From Flavobacteriales bacterium (GTDB lineage Bacteria > Bacteroidota > Bacteroidia > B-17B0 > Aurantibacillaceae): DNA of 56,124 nucleotides. Both the position numbers and the translations under genes were made by a program. Shown piece by piece: positions 10,534 to 21,300 of the stretch (positions within the stretch are counted from its first letter, which is position 1; each line of letters begins with the position of its first letter). Under the pieces are notes generated by a model. It had not been told where the DNA came from, searched no databases, and saw only the letters and a program-made list of their open reading frames with translations. Location: NCBI GenBank assembly GCA_040382975.1, contig JBEIEI010000001.1, forward strand, positions 1-56,124, written 5' to 3'.

Positions 10534-10770
10534 AAAAAGATGTTTACTTGTTTTTTGTGAGGCTAATTTTTTTGGCCCAAATTTAAGGAGCTTATCTTTC
10601 TTCAAAAGGAGATTAACGTTAATATTTCCCAAACAAATTTTTGAATTTATCTTTAAGTTTTTTCATTGTTTTTTAGTCTCAAGAAAGTTTAATTATACTA
10701 CCAAAATGCCCTTCGATGATAATTTAAACTCTCCTATTGGCGAGTAATAGTAAATAAGAAACCAAAAACC

Positions 10771-12672
10771 CTACAATCTACCGGCAATTATTTCATCAAC
10801 TACCGTTGGATCTAAAAGGGTTGAAGTGTCTCCTAAGCTCGTTAATTCACCTTCGGCAACTTTGCGTAAAATGCGACGCATAATTTTACCACTTCGCGTT
10901 TTTGGTAAACCACTTACAATTTGAATTTTATCTGGTTTTGCTATTGGACCAATAATTTTGGTTACCTCTGCAAGAATTTCTTTTCGTAAATTATCATGGT
11001 CTTTTGTGGTTGAGGGCGCAATAATATAGGCATAGATCCCTTGTCCTTTAATGTCGTGTGGGTAAGCAACCACAGCGCTTTCAACCACATCGGCATGCAT
11101 ATTGATAGCGCTTTCAACCTCAGCTGTTCCAATTCGATGGCCGGAAACATTCATCACATCATCAACACGACCTGTAATTCTATAAAAACCATTTTCATCT
11201 CTCCGGCATCCATCGCCTGTAAAATAGAGTCCTTTGTAAGTAGAAAAGTAGGCTTCTTTACAACGTTTATGGTCTCCATAGGTTGTGCGAATAATAGATG
11301 GCCAAGGGAACTTAATACACAAATTACCTTCTACATTATTTCCTAGAATTTCATTTCCTTTGTCATCAACCAATAAGGGTTGTATGCCCGGTAGCGGTAA
11401 TGTGGCAAAACTTGGTTTTGTTGGCGTTACGCCTGCTAGGGCAGAAATTAAAATACCCCCTGTTTCTGTCTGCCACCAAGTGTCTACTAACGGGCAATTA
11501 CCTTTTCCAATATGGTTATTATACCAGTGCCAAGCCTCTTCGTTTATTGGTTCGCCAACGCTGCCAATTACTTTTAATGAGTCTAATTTGTATGGAGTAA
11601 CAAAGTCTAAGCCTGCAGCTTCCAGAGCTCTTATCGCTGTTGGCGCAGTATAAAAATGTGTTACCTGATGTTTATCGATCACTTTCCAAAAACGTCCCGC
11701 ATCGGGGAAGGTTGGCACACCTTCAAAAATAACCGAACTTGCACCGGCTAATAATGGTCCGTATGCAATATAAGAGTGACCTGTTATCCAGCCCACATCG
11801 GCAGTGCACCAAAACAGATCTTTTGATTCGTTAGTGGTGTTTATTTGAAAAACATTATTAAAAGTGTAACACGTGTATACCATGTAACCGCCGCAAGTAT
11901 GAACAACGCCTTTGGGCTTGCCGGTTGAGCCGGATGTGTATAAAATAAACAATACATCTTCGCTATCCATTAACTCCGGCACACAGGTATTTGAGGCACT
12001 GGGTACAATATCTTGCCAGATAATATCTATGTTTTTATTAATGTTAATTGGAGTGTTGGTGTGTTTGTAAACCAATACTTTTTCTACAGACGAACATGTT
12101 TCTATTGCTTCGTCTACAACAGCTTTAATTGGAATGTCTTTTACTCCGCGGTAAGCACCATCTGTAGTTAATACAACTTTACAATCGCTGTCTTGTATAC
12201 GACCGGCTAGTGCGGAAGATGAAAACCCGGCAAAAACAACCGAATGAATAGCGCCTATTCTTGCACAGGCAAGCATGGAAAAAACAGTTTCAGGTATCAT
12301 TGGCATATAAATACAAACGCGATCGCCTTTTTTAACCCCTAAAGATTTTAAAACATTAGCTACTTTACAAACTTCATCGTGTAAGTTTTGGTATGTAATT
12401 ACTCTGTGTTTTGCATCTACCGAGTTTGGCTCCCAAATAAAAGCTGTTTTGTTAGCTTTATTCGGTAGATGTCTGTCTATGGCATTTTCGGTAATATTAA
12501 ATTTTGCATTTAGAAACCATTTAATGTTTGGCTCTTCAAAATTCCAATCTAACACTTTATCCCATTTTTTTTGCCATGTAAAATTTTCGGCTATTTCTGC
12601 CCAAAACAGTTTCGGATCATCAACGCTTTTTTTGTAGTTGGTTTTATATTCTTCAAATGTGCTTATTTTCAT
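10771..12672 (-). CDS. acs: Acetate--CoA ligase (acetyl-CoA synthetase)
   Basis: YTSGSTGKPKG, DTWWQTETGG, GRVDDVMNVSGHRIG and PKTRSGKIMRR motifs. Start uncertain (12672-12681). Confidence 0.96.
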   Translation of the reverse strand: MKISTFEEYKTNYKKSVDDPKLFWAEIAENFTWQKKWDKVLDWNFEEPNIKWFLNAKFNITENAIDRHLPNKANKTAFIWEPNSVDAKHRVITYQNLHDEVCKVANVLKSLGVKKGDRVCIYMPMIPETVFSMLACARIGAIHSVVFAGFSSSALAGRIQDSDCKVVLTTDGAYRGVKDIPIKAVVDEAIETCSSVEKVLVYKHTNTPININKNIDIIWQDIVPSASNTCVPELMDSEDVLFILYTSGSTGKPKGVVHTCGGYMVYTCYTFNNVFQINTTNESKDLFWCTADVGWITGHSYIAYGPLLAGASSVIFEGVPTFPDAGRFWKVIDKHQVTHFYTAPTAIRALEAAGLDFVTPYKLDSLKVIGSVGEPINEEAWHWYNNHIGKGNCPLVDTWWQTETGGILISALAGVTPTKPSFATLPLPGIQPLLVDDKGNEILGNNVEGNLCIKFPWPSIIRTTYGDHKRCKEAYFSTYKGLYFTGDGCRRDENGFYRITGRVDDVMNVSGHRIGTAEVESAINMHADVVESAVVAYPHDIKGQGIYAYIIAPSTTKDHDNLRKEILAEVTKIIGPIAKPDKIQIVSGLPKTRSGKIMRRILRKVAEGELTSLGDTSTLLDPTVVDEIIAGRL

Positions 12673-12836
12673 GACCATCAAATTATAAGTAGAATTCCTT
12701 CCATACTAAGTTAGGGATAAAAATTTTTTTCTATAGCACTATCTTGTTCTTTTTTAGCACCATCATGGTTAATTTAATTGTTAATAAACTAACGGAATAA
12801 TAATTATTTGCGAGGTTCATTTTTCTAAATTTGGAT

Positions 12837-13841
12837 ATGATTAAAAAAACACACCTTTTATACGCTGTAATAATTGCAGCATTTGCTTCTTGTGTGCCTG
12901 CAAGATTAGTAGATGAATCTAAAGCCAAGCAAAAAGAATGCCAAACAGAATTAGCCTCCGTAAAAAAATCAGCTCAAGAGTGTGATTCGAAGTTGGCTGA
13001 ACTAAAAGAACAAATGGTTAAGAACGAGAAAGAGAATGTGGGCTTAAAGCGCGACACGTCTATCATTGGAAGCAACTACAGGAATCTAACCTCTAAATAC
13101 GACAAGTTAAATCAGCTTAACGAGCAGTTAATGGACCGTTTAAATAAATTGTTAAGCGGTAGCGAAAAAGATAACAGTAAGTTAAGTGGCGATTTGCAAA
13201 TGACACAAGAACAATTATTAAAAAAGCAAGACGAGTTAAAAGCGTTAGAGGCCAAATTGTTGTTGCAAAAATTAGATTTGGAGGCGCTTAGCGCTGAATT
13301 AAAAAAGCGTGAAGCGCGTGTTAATGAGTTAGAGGAGATCCTTAAAAAGAAAGATCAGGCTGCAAATGACCTAAAGAAAAAATTAAGCGATGCCTTATTA
13401 GGTTTTGAAAACAAAGGACTAACAATTACTCAAAAGAACGGAAAGGTTTATGTGAGTATGGATGAAAGTTTATTGTTTGCCAGCGGCAAAACAAATGTAG
13501 AGGCACGAGGCGTTGAAGCATTAAAAAATGTAGCAAAAGTATTAGAGAATAATGTTGATATAAATGTTTTGGTGGAAGGTCATACAGATGATGTGCCAAT
13601 GAAGGGAGCGGGAGAGATCAAGGACAATTGGGATCTAAGCGTTATTAGAGCAACATCAGTAACTAAAATAATGCTATCAAGCGCAAAAATTGATTCACAA
13701 AGAATTACCGCAGCCGGTCGCGGAGAGTTTTTTCCGTTAGATAATGCTAAAACACCAGAGGCAAGAAAGAAAAACAGAAGAACGGAAATTATTTTAACGC
13801 CAAAATTAGACGAGTTGTTAAAAGTATTAGGGAATAATTAA
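12837..13841 (+). CDS. OmpA/MotB-family lipoprotein with long coiled coil
   Basis: Lipobox FASC, coiled coil, LLFASG, VEGHTDDVP, NWDLSVIRA and NRRTEIIL. Confidence 0.88.
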   Translation: MIKKTHLLYAVIIAAFASCVPARLVDESKAKQKECQTELASVKKSAQECDSKLAELKEQMVKNEKENVGLKRDTSIIGSNYRNLTSKYDKLNQLNEQLMDRLNKLLSGSEKDNSKLSGDLQMTQEQLLKKQDELKALEAKLLLQKLDLEALSAELKKREARVNELEEILKKKDQAANDLKKKLSDALLGFENKGLTITQKNGKVYVSMDESLLFASGKTNVEARGVEALKNVAKVLENNVDINVLVEGHTDDVPMKGAGEIKDNWDLSVIRATSVTKIMLSSAKIDSQRITAAGRGEFFPLDNAKTPEARKKNRRTEIILTPKLDELLKVLGNN

Positions 13842-13862
13842 TACATAAAAAAAGAGAATAAA

Positions 13863-14246
13863 ATGGGAATGATCAAAGAGTTTAAAGCCTTTGCTATAAA
13901 AGGTAATGTTGTTGATCTGGCAATTGGTGTTGTGATCGGCGGCGCGTTTAATAAAATAATTAACTCACTGGTTGAAGACATAATTACGCCGGCAGTATTA
14001 ACCCCGGCATTAAAGGCAGCCAACTTAACTAATCTAGCCGACCTTACTATACCCGGTACGGCTATTAAATACGGAAATTTTATTTCTACTTTAATATCGT
14101 TTATTATTGTTGCTTTTGCCCTTTTTATGGTAATTAAAGCTATTAACGCCTCTAAGAAAAAAGAAGAAGCTGCTCCGGCTAAGCCTAAAGAGCCAAGCAC
14201 ACAAGAAAAGTTGTTAATGGAAATACGCGATTCTTTAAAGAAGTAA
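13863..14246 (+). CDS. mscL: Large-conductance mechanosensitive channel
   Basis: EFKAFAIKGNVVDLAIGVVIGGAF and C-terminal LLMEIRDSL. Confidence 0.96.
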   Translation: MGMIKEFKAFAIKGNVVDLAIGVVIGGAFNKIINSLVEDIITPAVLTPALKAANLTNLADLTIPGTAIKYGNFISTLISFIIVAFALFMVIKAINASKKKEEAAPAKPKEPSTQEKLLMEIRDSLKK

Positions 14247-14269
14247 TAGTTTTAATTATAATTCTTTTT

Positions 14270-14305
14270 AACCCCCGTTTTTCAACAAACGGGGGTTTTG
14301 TTTTT
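14270..14305 (+). terminator. Rho-independent terminator after mscL
   Basis: AACCCCCGTTT-loop-AAACGGGGGTT stem followed by a T-rich tail. Confidence 0.85.
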
Positions 14306-14309
14306 CGGC

Positions 14310-14348
14310 TTAACGTTTTCTTAACATTAAATTATGTTTAGATTAACC
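14310..14348 (+). promoter_or_regulatory. Pho-box-like 11-bp-periodic direct repeats upstream of the phosphate porin
   Basis: TTAACG (14310), TTAACA (14321), TTATGT (14332) and TTAACC (14343), exactly 11 bp apart. Confidence 0.6.
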
Positions 14349-14391
14349 AAGTAACCTTTATTTTGCGGTGAATTAATAATTAGTTTACGTT

Positions 14392-15618
14392 ATGAATAAA
14401 ATTACTTCACTATTGGTGGCCATTTTTTTAGTTTTTAATTTAAGTGCCCAAGACAGTACCAAACAAAATAGAACAATTGAAGCGCCGGTAGTTGAAACAA
14501 AAAAGGCAAATTGGTATGATAAAATATCAATTAGAGGCTACACTCAAGTTAGATATAACAGGCTTTTTGAAACAAACCCAAATTTAAAAAGTGAACAAGG
14601 AGACAGGTCGATTGGGAATCTTGGAGGCTTTTTTATTAGACGTATGCGAATTATCATTTACGGGCAGGTTAGCGAGCATGTTTATTTTTACATTCAGCCA
14701 GATCTTGCCTCCTCAGCCTCAAGTACAGGGTTGCATTTTGGACAATTAAGAGACGCATATTTTGATGTTTCAATAGACAAAAACCGCGAATTCAGATTTA
14801 GAATTGGCCAAAGTAAAGTTCCTTTTGGCTTTGAAAACATGCAATCTAGCCAAAACCGGTTGCCTTTAGATCGAAATGACGCATTAAACAGCGCCGTTTC
14901 TAATGAACGAGATTTGGGAGCCTTTTTTATGTATGCTCCGAAAAAGGTTAGAGAATTATATAGTTCTCTTGTAAACGATGGATATAAAGGCTCTGGTGAT
15001 TATGGGGTTTTTGCTTTTGGACTATACAATGGGCAAACGGCTAATAAGCCTGAGCTAAACAATAACTCTCATTTTGTTGCCAGATTAAGCTATCCTTTTA
15101 AAATTAAAGAACAAGTAATTGAACCGGGAATACAAGGATATACTGGAGTTTGGAGCATGGCCACGGATCAATTAACATCAACCACAAAGGTTGCAAAAAC
15201 GAAGGAATACCTTGACGAACGTTATGCTGCGTCGTTAATACTTTATCCAAAACCGTTTGGAATTCAGGCAGAATATAACATTGGAAAAGGACCAGAATAC
15301 GATGTAGCTAAGGATTCAATTATGACAAAAGACTTAAAAGGAGGATATGTTACTCTAAGCTATTTGGTTAAAATAAAAAAGCAAACGATCATTCCTTTTG
15401 TTAGAGGAACAATATACGAGGGAGGCAAAAAACATGAGTTGGACGCGAGAGCATATAATGTTAAAGAGGTAGAAGGAGGTATTGAGTACCAACCCCTTAA
15501 AAACTTCGAGTTTACCGCCTCTTTTGTGTATTCTGATAGAACAACTTCAGATAAAACAAAAGAAAGCAATCACCAAGTAGGTTCTTTTTTGCGCCTGCAA
15601 GCCCAACTTAACTTTTAA
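14392..15618 (+). CDS. Phosphate-selective porin (OprO/OprP family)
   Basis: Signal peptide, FFIRRMR, LRDAY.D, RIGQSKVPFGFENMQSS and RDLG motifs, C-terminal F; adjacent to a PiT transporter. Confidence 0.85.
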   Translation: MNKITSLLVAIFLVFNLSAQDSTKQNRTIEAPVVETKKANWYDKISIRGYTQVRYNRLFETNPNLKSEQGDRSIGNLGGFFIRRMRIIIYGQVSEHVYFYIQPDLASSASSTGLHFGQLRDAYFDVSIDKNREFRFRIGQSKVPFGFENMQSSQNRLPLDRNDALNSAVSNERDLGAFFMYAPKKVRELYSSLVNDGYKGSGDYGVFAFGLYNGQTANKPELNNNSHFVARLSYPFKIKEQVIEPGIQGYTGVWSMATDQLTSTTKVAKTKEYLDERYAASLILYPKPFGIQAEYNIGKGPEYDVAKDSIMTKDLKGGYVTLSYLVKIKKQTIIPFVRGTIYEGGKKHELDARAYNVKEVEGGIEYQPLKNFEFTASFVYSDRTTSDKTKESNHQVGSFLRLQAQLNF

Positions 15619-15621
15619 ACG

Positions 15622-15638
15622 GTAACAATAAGTTAACA
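15622..15638 (+). promoter_or_regulatory. Pho-box-like direct repeat upstream of the PiT gene
   Basis: GTAACA-N5-TTAACA (11-bp period). Confidence 0.5.
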
Positions 15639-15678
15639 TTACGCTTATAATTATTAAATACATTAGCCAAAAAATTTT

Positions 15679-17082
15679 ATGTTTGGATTAGACACAACAC
15701 TTACCGTTTTATTAATACTATGTTTAGTATTAGCTTGTTTTTTTGAATTTATAAATGGTTTTCACGATACAGCAAACGCCGTAGCCACAGTTATTTATAC
15801 AAACTCCATGAAGCCGACCGTGGCAGTGGTTTATAGTGGCATTTTAAACTTTACCGGTGTAATGTTTGGTGGTATTGCCGTGGCAATGGGCATAGTAAAT
15901 TTATTACCAATGGATGTTTTGGTTGACACTAATCCTTATCACGGCATTGCAATGATTTTAGCATTGTTATTAAGCGCCATTATTTGGAATTTTGGAACCT
16001 GGTATTTTGGTATTCCATCATCAAGCTCTCATACTATTATTGGGTCTATTTTGGGTATTGGTTTAGCTTTTGCTTTTTTGCCGGGAGATTATGGTGTTTC
16101 GGCAGTAAATTGGGATAAAGCAAAAGACACGGGCTTAGCTTTATTAATTTCGCCTCTTTTAGGATTTTCTGTTGCCATTATTATGATGTTTGTTTTTAAA
16201 CGATTCATAAAAAACGAAATAATTTACAAAGAGCCTATTCCGGGAAAAAAGCCACCTATTTGGATTCGTATGCTATTATGGTTAACCTGTGGTTTAGTAA
16301 GTTTTTTCCATGGACAAAACGATGGGCAAAAAGGTGTTGGTTTAATTATGATGATCTTAATTGCTGTTTTACCAGGACAGTTTGCAGTAGACTCTAGCAT
16401 TAATTTACAAAGTGTTAGTGCAAACGTAAACAAAATTGAGATGTTGATGCTAAAGGCCGACACTGCCGTGCTTGGAGGAAAAGAAAAAAAGATGTATGCC
16501 GAAATCATGACGCACTCTGAGCATTTTAAAACTGTGGTTGGTAGTAATTTTGATGCACACGAAGTAGCATTATCTAATAGATTTTCATTAAGAAAAGATA
16601 TAATTAAAATTACCAAAGGCGCCGACAAAATAATTAAGAGTGGGAATTTATCCTTAAGTGCAAACGAAATTAAAGAAATGACCAAGGAAATTAAATCAAG
16701 TAAAAAATTAATAGAGTATGCGCCATCATGGGTTATTATTGTAATATCATTATGTTTAGGTCTAGGTACAATGGTTGGTTGGAAAAGAATTGTAAAAACT
16801 GTTGGTGAAAAGATCGGAAAACAGCACATGAGTTATGCGCAAGGAGCAAGTGCAGAGTTAGTAGCGTCAATGGGTATTGGTGTTGCCTCCGCTTACGGCG
16901 TACCGGTTTCAACCACGCACATGCTTTCTTCGGGTATTGCAGGATCTATGGTAGCTAAAAAAGGATTAAAAAATTTACAAAAAGGAACAATTAAAACTAT
17001 TGCTTTAACATGGATACTTACCTTACCGGTTACTATTGTTTTATCAGGAAGTCTGTTCTTATTATTTAGGGCAATTCTGTAA
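15679..17082 (+). CDS. pitA: Inorganic phosphate transporter (PiT family)
   Basis: NGFHDTANAVAT, PSSSSH, HGQNDGQKG and PVSTTH signatures. Confidence 0.93.
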   Translation: MFGLDTTLTVLLILCLVLACFFEFINGFHDTANAVATVIYTNSMKPTVAVVYSGILNFTGVMFGGIAVAMGIVNLLPMDVLVDTNPYHGIAMILALLLSAIIWNFGTWYFGIPSSSSHTIIGSILGIGLAFAFLPGDYGVSAVNWDKAKDTGLALLISPLLGFSVAIIMMFVFKRFIKNEIIYKEPIPGKKPPIWIRMLLWLTCGLVSFFHGQNDGQKGVGLIMMILIAVLPGQFAVDSSINLQSVSANVNKIEMLMLKADTAVLGGKEKKMYAEIMTHSEHFKTVVGSNFDAHEVALSNRFSLRKDIIKITKGADKIIKSGNLSLSANEIKEMTKEIKSSKKLIEYAPSWVIIVISLCLGLGTMVGWKRIVKTVGEKIGKQHMSYAQGASAELVASMGIGVASAYGVPVSTTHMLSSGIAGSMVAKKGLKNLQKGTIKTIALTWILTLPVTIVLSGSLFLLFRAIL

Positions 17083-17104
17083 ATTATTTTTTATAAAAGT
17101 ATAT

Positions 17105-17140
17105 AAACCTCCGAGATTTTTCTCGGAGGTTTTTTGTTTT
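17105..17140 (+). terminator. Rho-independent terminator after the PiT gene
   Basis: AAACCTCCGAG-loop-CTCGGAGGTTT plus poly-T. Confidence 0.88.
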
Positions 17141-17240
17141 ATAATTTGTTATGAAAATTGAGTTGAATTTTTTTACAAAAAGATAACGGTTACTTTATTT
17201 TCATTTCCTATAACAAAAGTATCTTGCAGTTTTATTAGAC

Positions 17241-17708
17241 ATGATCTTTAGTAAACCCAAAAATAAATTAAAAGCAACGCAAGCAGTTATTTTAAAACCA
17301 AAACCTTTTTTAGTTTGGTTAGAAATTGGTGTAACAGATATGAATAGAGCTATTAGGTTTTATCAAAATGTTTTTAGAGTTGAAGTCGAAATAAGATATT
17401 TATTTGATAAAAAAATCGGCATCTTTCATAAAGACAATGAGCGTTTAAACATCTGCTTAATTGAAAGAGAAAATGAAAATAATATAAACGCAGTTAAACC
17501 CACTTTTTTTGTTGATGTGATTTTTGAAACAACTAACCGCATCGAAAAAAACGGAGGCAAAGTAATTTTACCAGCTACATTGCTTAGACAAAAGAACGAA
17601 AAAGGCGAAACAATTATTGGCAGCAATTTAATCGACGATCAATTGGGATATATGGCAGAAGGAATGGATACAGAGGGAAACTCAATTTTACTTTACAGCT
17701 ATTCATAA
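17241..17708 (+). CDS. VOC/glyoxalase-family protein
   Basis: VWLEIGVTDMNRAIRFYQNVF...IEKNGGKVI...DTEGN.I.L pattern. Confidence 0.75.
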   Translation: MIFSKPKNKLKATQAVILKPKPFLVWLEIGVTDMNRAIRFYQNVFRVEVEIRYLFDKKIGIFHKDNERLNICLIERENENNINAVKPTFFVDVIFETTNRIEKNGGKVILPATLLRQKNEKGETIIGSNLIDDQLGYMAEGMDTEGNSILLYSYS

Positions 17709-17973
17709 AAAAGTATTTACACCTGCTCGCAAACATTACTGAGTAAACTTTAAGTTTTTAACTAAAAATTGATTAAAGATTGTTTTTGGTTTATTGAAAG
17801 TCATATTTAAATGAGTTAATATAGATCCAAACAATTTAACAGTCAATTAGGTTAAGTTTTTTCGGTATTTTCATAACGTAAGAATAAATGTTTGGTAACA
17901 AGTAAGAGAAGACAATCCTATAAATTTGCCTGACAAAAGTGAAAATCCTACAAGAAAATCAAACATTCGTTTG

Positions 17974-18327
17974 TTGTTCTGAAACCACTTCAAAATAAAA
18001 TTTTATTATGATGAGGTTAAAAAAACATATCTTTGTTTTATTTTTTTTAAGTAAAACCCAGTTTGCACAAAAATTAGTTATTAACGAAGTTTCTCAGGGT
18101 CCAACAGGAGCAAAAGAATATGTAGAATTTTTAGTGGTTGGAACACCAATATTGTTCTGAAACCACTTCAAAATAAAATTTTATTATGATGAGGTTAAAA
18201 ACATATATTTTTGTTTTATTTTTTCTAAGTAAAACCCAGTTTGCACAACAATTAGTTATTAACGAAGTTTCTCAGGGTCCAACAGGCGCAAAAGAATATG
18301 TAGAACTTTTAGTGGTTGGAACACCAA
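17974..18327 (+). repeat. Diverged tandem duplication (2 x about 176 bp, period 178) of the 5' UTR and first about 47 codons of the T9SS adhesin gene
   Basis: 17974-18149 vs 18152-18327 match except for about 7 substitutions. Confidence 0.95.
18008..18160 (+). pseudogene. Truncated duplicate of the adhesin N-terminus (50-aa ORF)
   Basis: Reads MMRLKKHIFVLFFLSKTQFAQKLVINEVSQGPTGAKEYVEFLVVGTPILF*; the stop falls inside the second repeat copy. Confidence 0.75.
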
Positions 18328-21300
18328 CATGTAACGCAATACCTTGCATGGACTTGCGTAATTATATTATTGACGATAACAATGGAAACCACGCAACCGG
18401 CGCAGGCGTTGGCATTGCCGCAGGATGCGTAAGGCTTCAAAACATCCCTTTTTGGCAATGCATCCCATACGGAACAATTATTGTCTTTTATAATGATGCT
18501 GATTTAAACGCATCAATTCCCGCACAAGATCTTTCCATGGCTGACGGGAACTGTAGACTTGTAATTCCAATTAGTAACTGTACTTTGCTTGAACGCCACG
18601 CAACACTTCCTAGTACAACACTTCCCGCTTATCCAACAACAGGTTTTGTAGGTTGTGGCAATTGGACACAAATTTCAATGGCCAACGGAGATGATTCGTT
18701 TCAAACCATAAATGCTACTGGCGCACCTGTTCATTCTGTAAGTTGGAATAATAATACCCTTGCTACAATTATTTATTTTCCCGGCCCAGCAGGCGGAAAT
18801 GTTGCAATAATGACCAATGCATTAAATAATAATCCGGCAACTCAAGCAAACTGGGTTATGTTACCTGTTGCAGGTAACGAAACACCGGGAAGCCCTAATA
18901 ACGCAGCTAATAGCGCATGGATAAGTAGTATGAATAATGGTTGTTTACCTTTACTTCCGCTTACTACAACAGTTAGTTCTACAAATGCAGGTTGCAGTTG
19001 TAACGGATCGGCAACCGTGGTCGCCTCGGGTGCGATCGGGCCATATACCTATACTTGGTTTCCAATAGGAGGAAATTCAAGTACAGCGAGTGGTTTGTGC
19101 GCAGGAATATACTCTGTTTCTGCAACGTCATCAAATGGTTGTGTTGAAACAAAGACGGTTAGCATTGTTAGTGCAGGTTCTGTATCTGTTACAACAGCTA
19201 CTACAAGTGTTACTTGCAACGGGTTGGCTAACGGAAGCGCAACAGCAACCCCTTCGGGCGGTACAGGGCCATATACTTTTACTTGGAGTCCAAGTGGTGG
19301 AAACAGTTTTGTTGCAACGGGCCTAGCCCCAGGAACCTATACAGCACTTGTAAAAGACGTTAACAATTGCACAGTAACCGCAACAGCTATTATTACACAG
19401 CCTGCAAGCGCATTAACAGCAGTAACATCAGCAACTACTATTTTATGTTTTGGTGCTGCAAATGGATCAGCCTCGGTAACAGCTTCGGGCGGTACAGCAG
19501 GATATACTTATACATGGAGCCCATCGGGCGGAAATACTACCTTAGCTTCTCCGTTAACAGCTGGTACATATACAGTACTTGTAAAAGACGCCAAAAATTG
19601 TACGGTAACCGCAACAGCGCTTATCACCCAACCGGCATCAGCTTTAGCGGCTACAATTAATTTTACGAACGCAACGTGTGGTATGTCTAACGGGAGCGCT
19701 ATGGTTAATCCGGTTGGTGGCACGGCGGCTTATTCTTTTAGCTGGAGTCCTGCAGGCGGAACAGCATCTCTTGCTAATAATTTATCCGCAGGTAATTATA
19801 GTGTAGTAATAACCGATGCAAACAATTGTCAGCTAACAAAGACTGTTTCTATTATTCAACCTAACTCTATGGCGCTTACAGTTACAACAACAAGTGTTTC
19901 TTGTAATTCCGGATCTAACGGAACCGCAACTCTCAATGTGGCAGGAGGGACAGCCCCCTATTCTTATACATGGTCACCGGTTCCTATCGGAGGCCAAGGG
20001 ACTTCGATAGGAACAGGATTAAGCTCACAGACCTATACAGTTTTAATTTCTGATAATTTAGGTTGTACAACATTTACCACGGCAAACATAATACAACCAG
20101 CAACGGCACTAAATGCAATTACAACAGCAACAAACATATTATGTTTTGGTGCGGTTAATGGATCAGCCTCGGTCACGGCTTCGGGCGGAACAGCAGGCTA
20201 TACTTATACTTGGAGTCCCTCTGGTGGCAATACAACCATAGCATCTCCGTTAACAGCAGGTGCTTATACTGTTTTGGTTATGGACGCGAATAATTGTATA
20301 GTTTCTTTAACCACAACTATTAGTCAACCTGCTCCTATCACCTTAAATGTAAATCCAATTAAATTGTGTAGCGGACAGAATGGTGTTTTGTTAGGTAATG
20401 TAAATGGTGGTACGGCACCATATTCTTATACTTGGAATAATTCTCCGGGAAGCTATAGTGTTGCGGTTAGTACTACAGCAAATGTCATTTATACTTTATC
20501 GGTTACCGATGCAAACGGGTGTAATTCTCCAATTGATACCGCAATGATCAACGTTTCTCCTCCATTAACACTTTCTATTTCACCAACGAAAACGATCTGT
20601 GCCGGAACGTCTTCGGGATTAAGCGCAAATGCTTCTGGCGGAAACGGAATTTATCAATACAATTGGCAGCCAAATAATATTGCAGGGCAATTAATTTCTG
20701 TTAACTTAAACAACACAACGGTTTACACAGTTACGGTAAATGATGGTTGCAGCCAACCTGTCATAGCAACCACCACCATTTTTGTTGAAACAGTTCCAAC
20801 ACCAACTCTTTTGGCAAATAAATATAGTGGATGCTCACCGGTCTGTGTCAGTTTTACCAATACAGCCTTTAATCCTACACTAAGTATACAAAATAGTTTA
20901 TGGACATTTAGTGATGGTTCTTTTGCTACAGGGCAACAGCCAAATCATTGTTTCACTAATAAAGGTACTTTTACGGCAACAAATTCGTTTACAACAACAT
21001 CAGGCTGTAAAAACACCGCTCAATTAACTAATTACATTAATGTTTTCCAAAAACCCGATGCGGATTTTTCAGCTAGCAACTATTTATTTGAAAATTCAAA
21101 CCCAGAAGTAAATTTTTATAATAATTCAGCTAACGCTATTAATTATTTTTGGGATTTTGGTGGTTTAGGCTCATCCACGCTTGTTAATCCGGGTCACAGT
21201 TTTAATGAACCAGGAAAGTATCTGGTTACATTAATTGCCAAGAATGGTTTTTGTTCAGATACAGCCTATAAAATAATAGAGTCTTTACCGGCTTATACTT

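Noticed and set aside
12837-13841. Flagellar stator MotB
   Set aside because: It has a lipoprotein signal instead of the Asp-bearing TM helix and there is no motA; only the peptidoglycan-binding domain is shared.
16224-16829. 201-aa antisense ORF, and the other short ORFs overlapping called genes
   Set aside because: They are shadow frames of well-supported genes with no recognisable motifs.
17974-18327. Diversity-generating retroelement TR/VR pair
   Set aside because: Differences include C/T changes and are not adenine-specific, the repeat is at the gene 5' end, and no reverse transcriptase is in the window.
19000-20750. Non-coding repeat array
   Set aside because: The periodicity is fully explained by in-frame SprB-like protein repeats.
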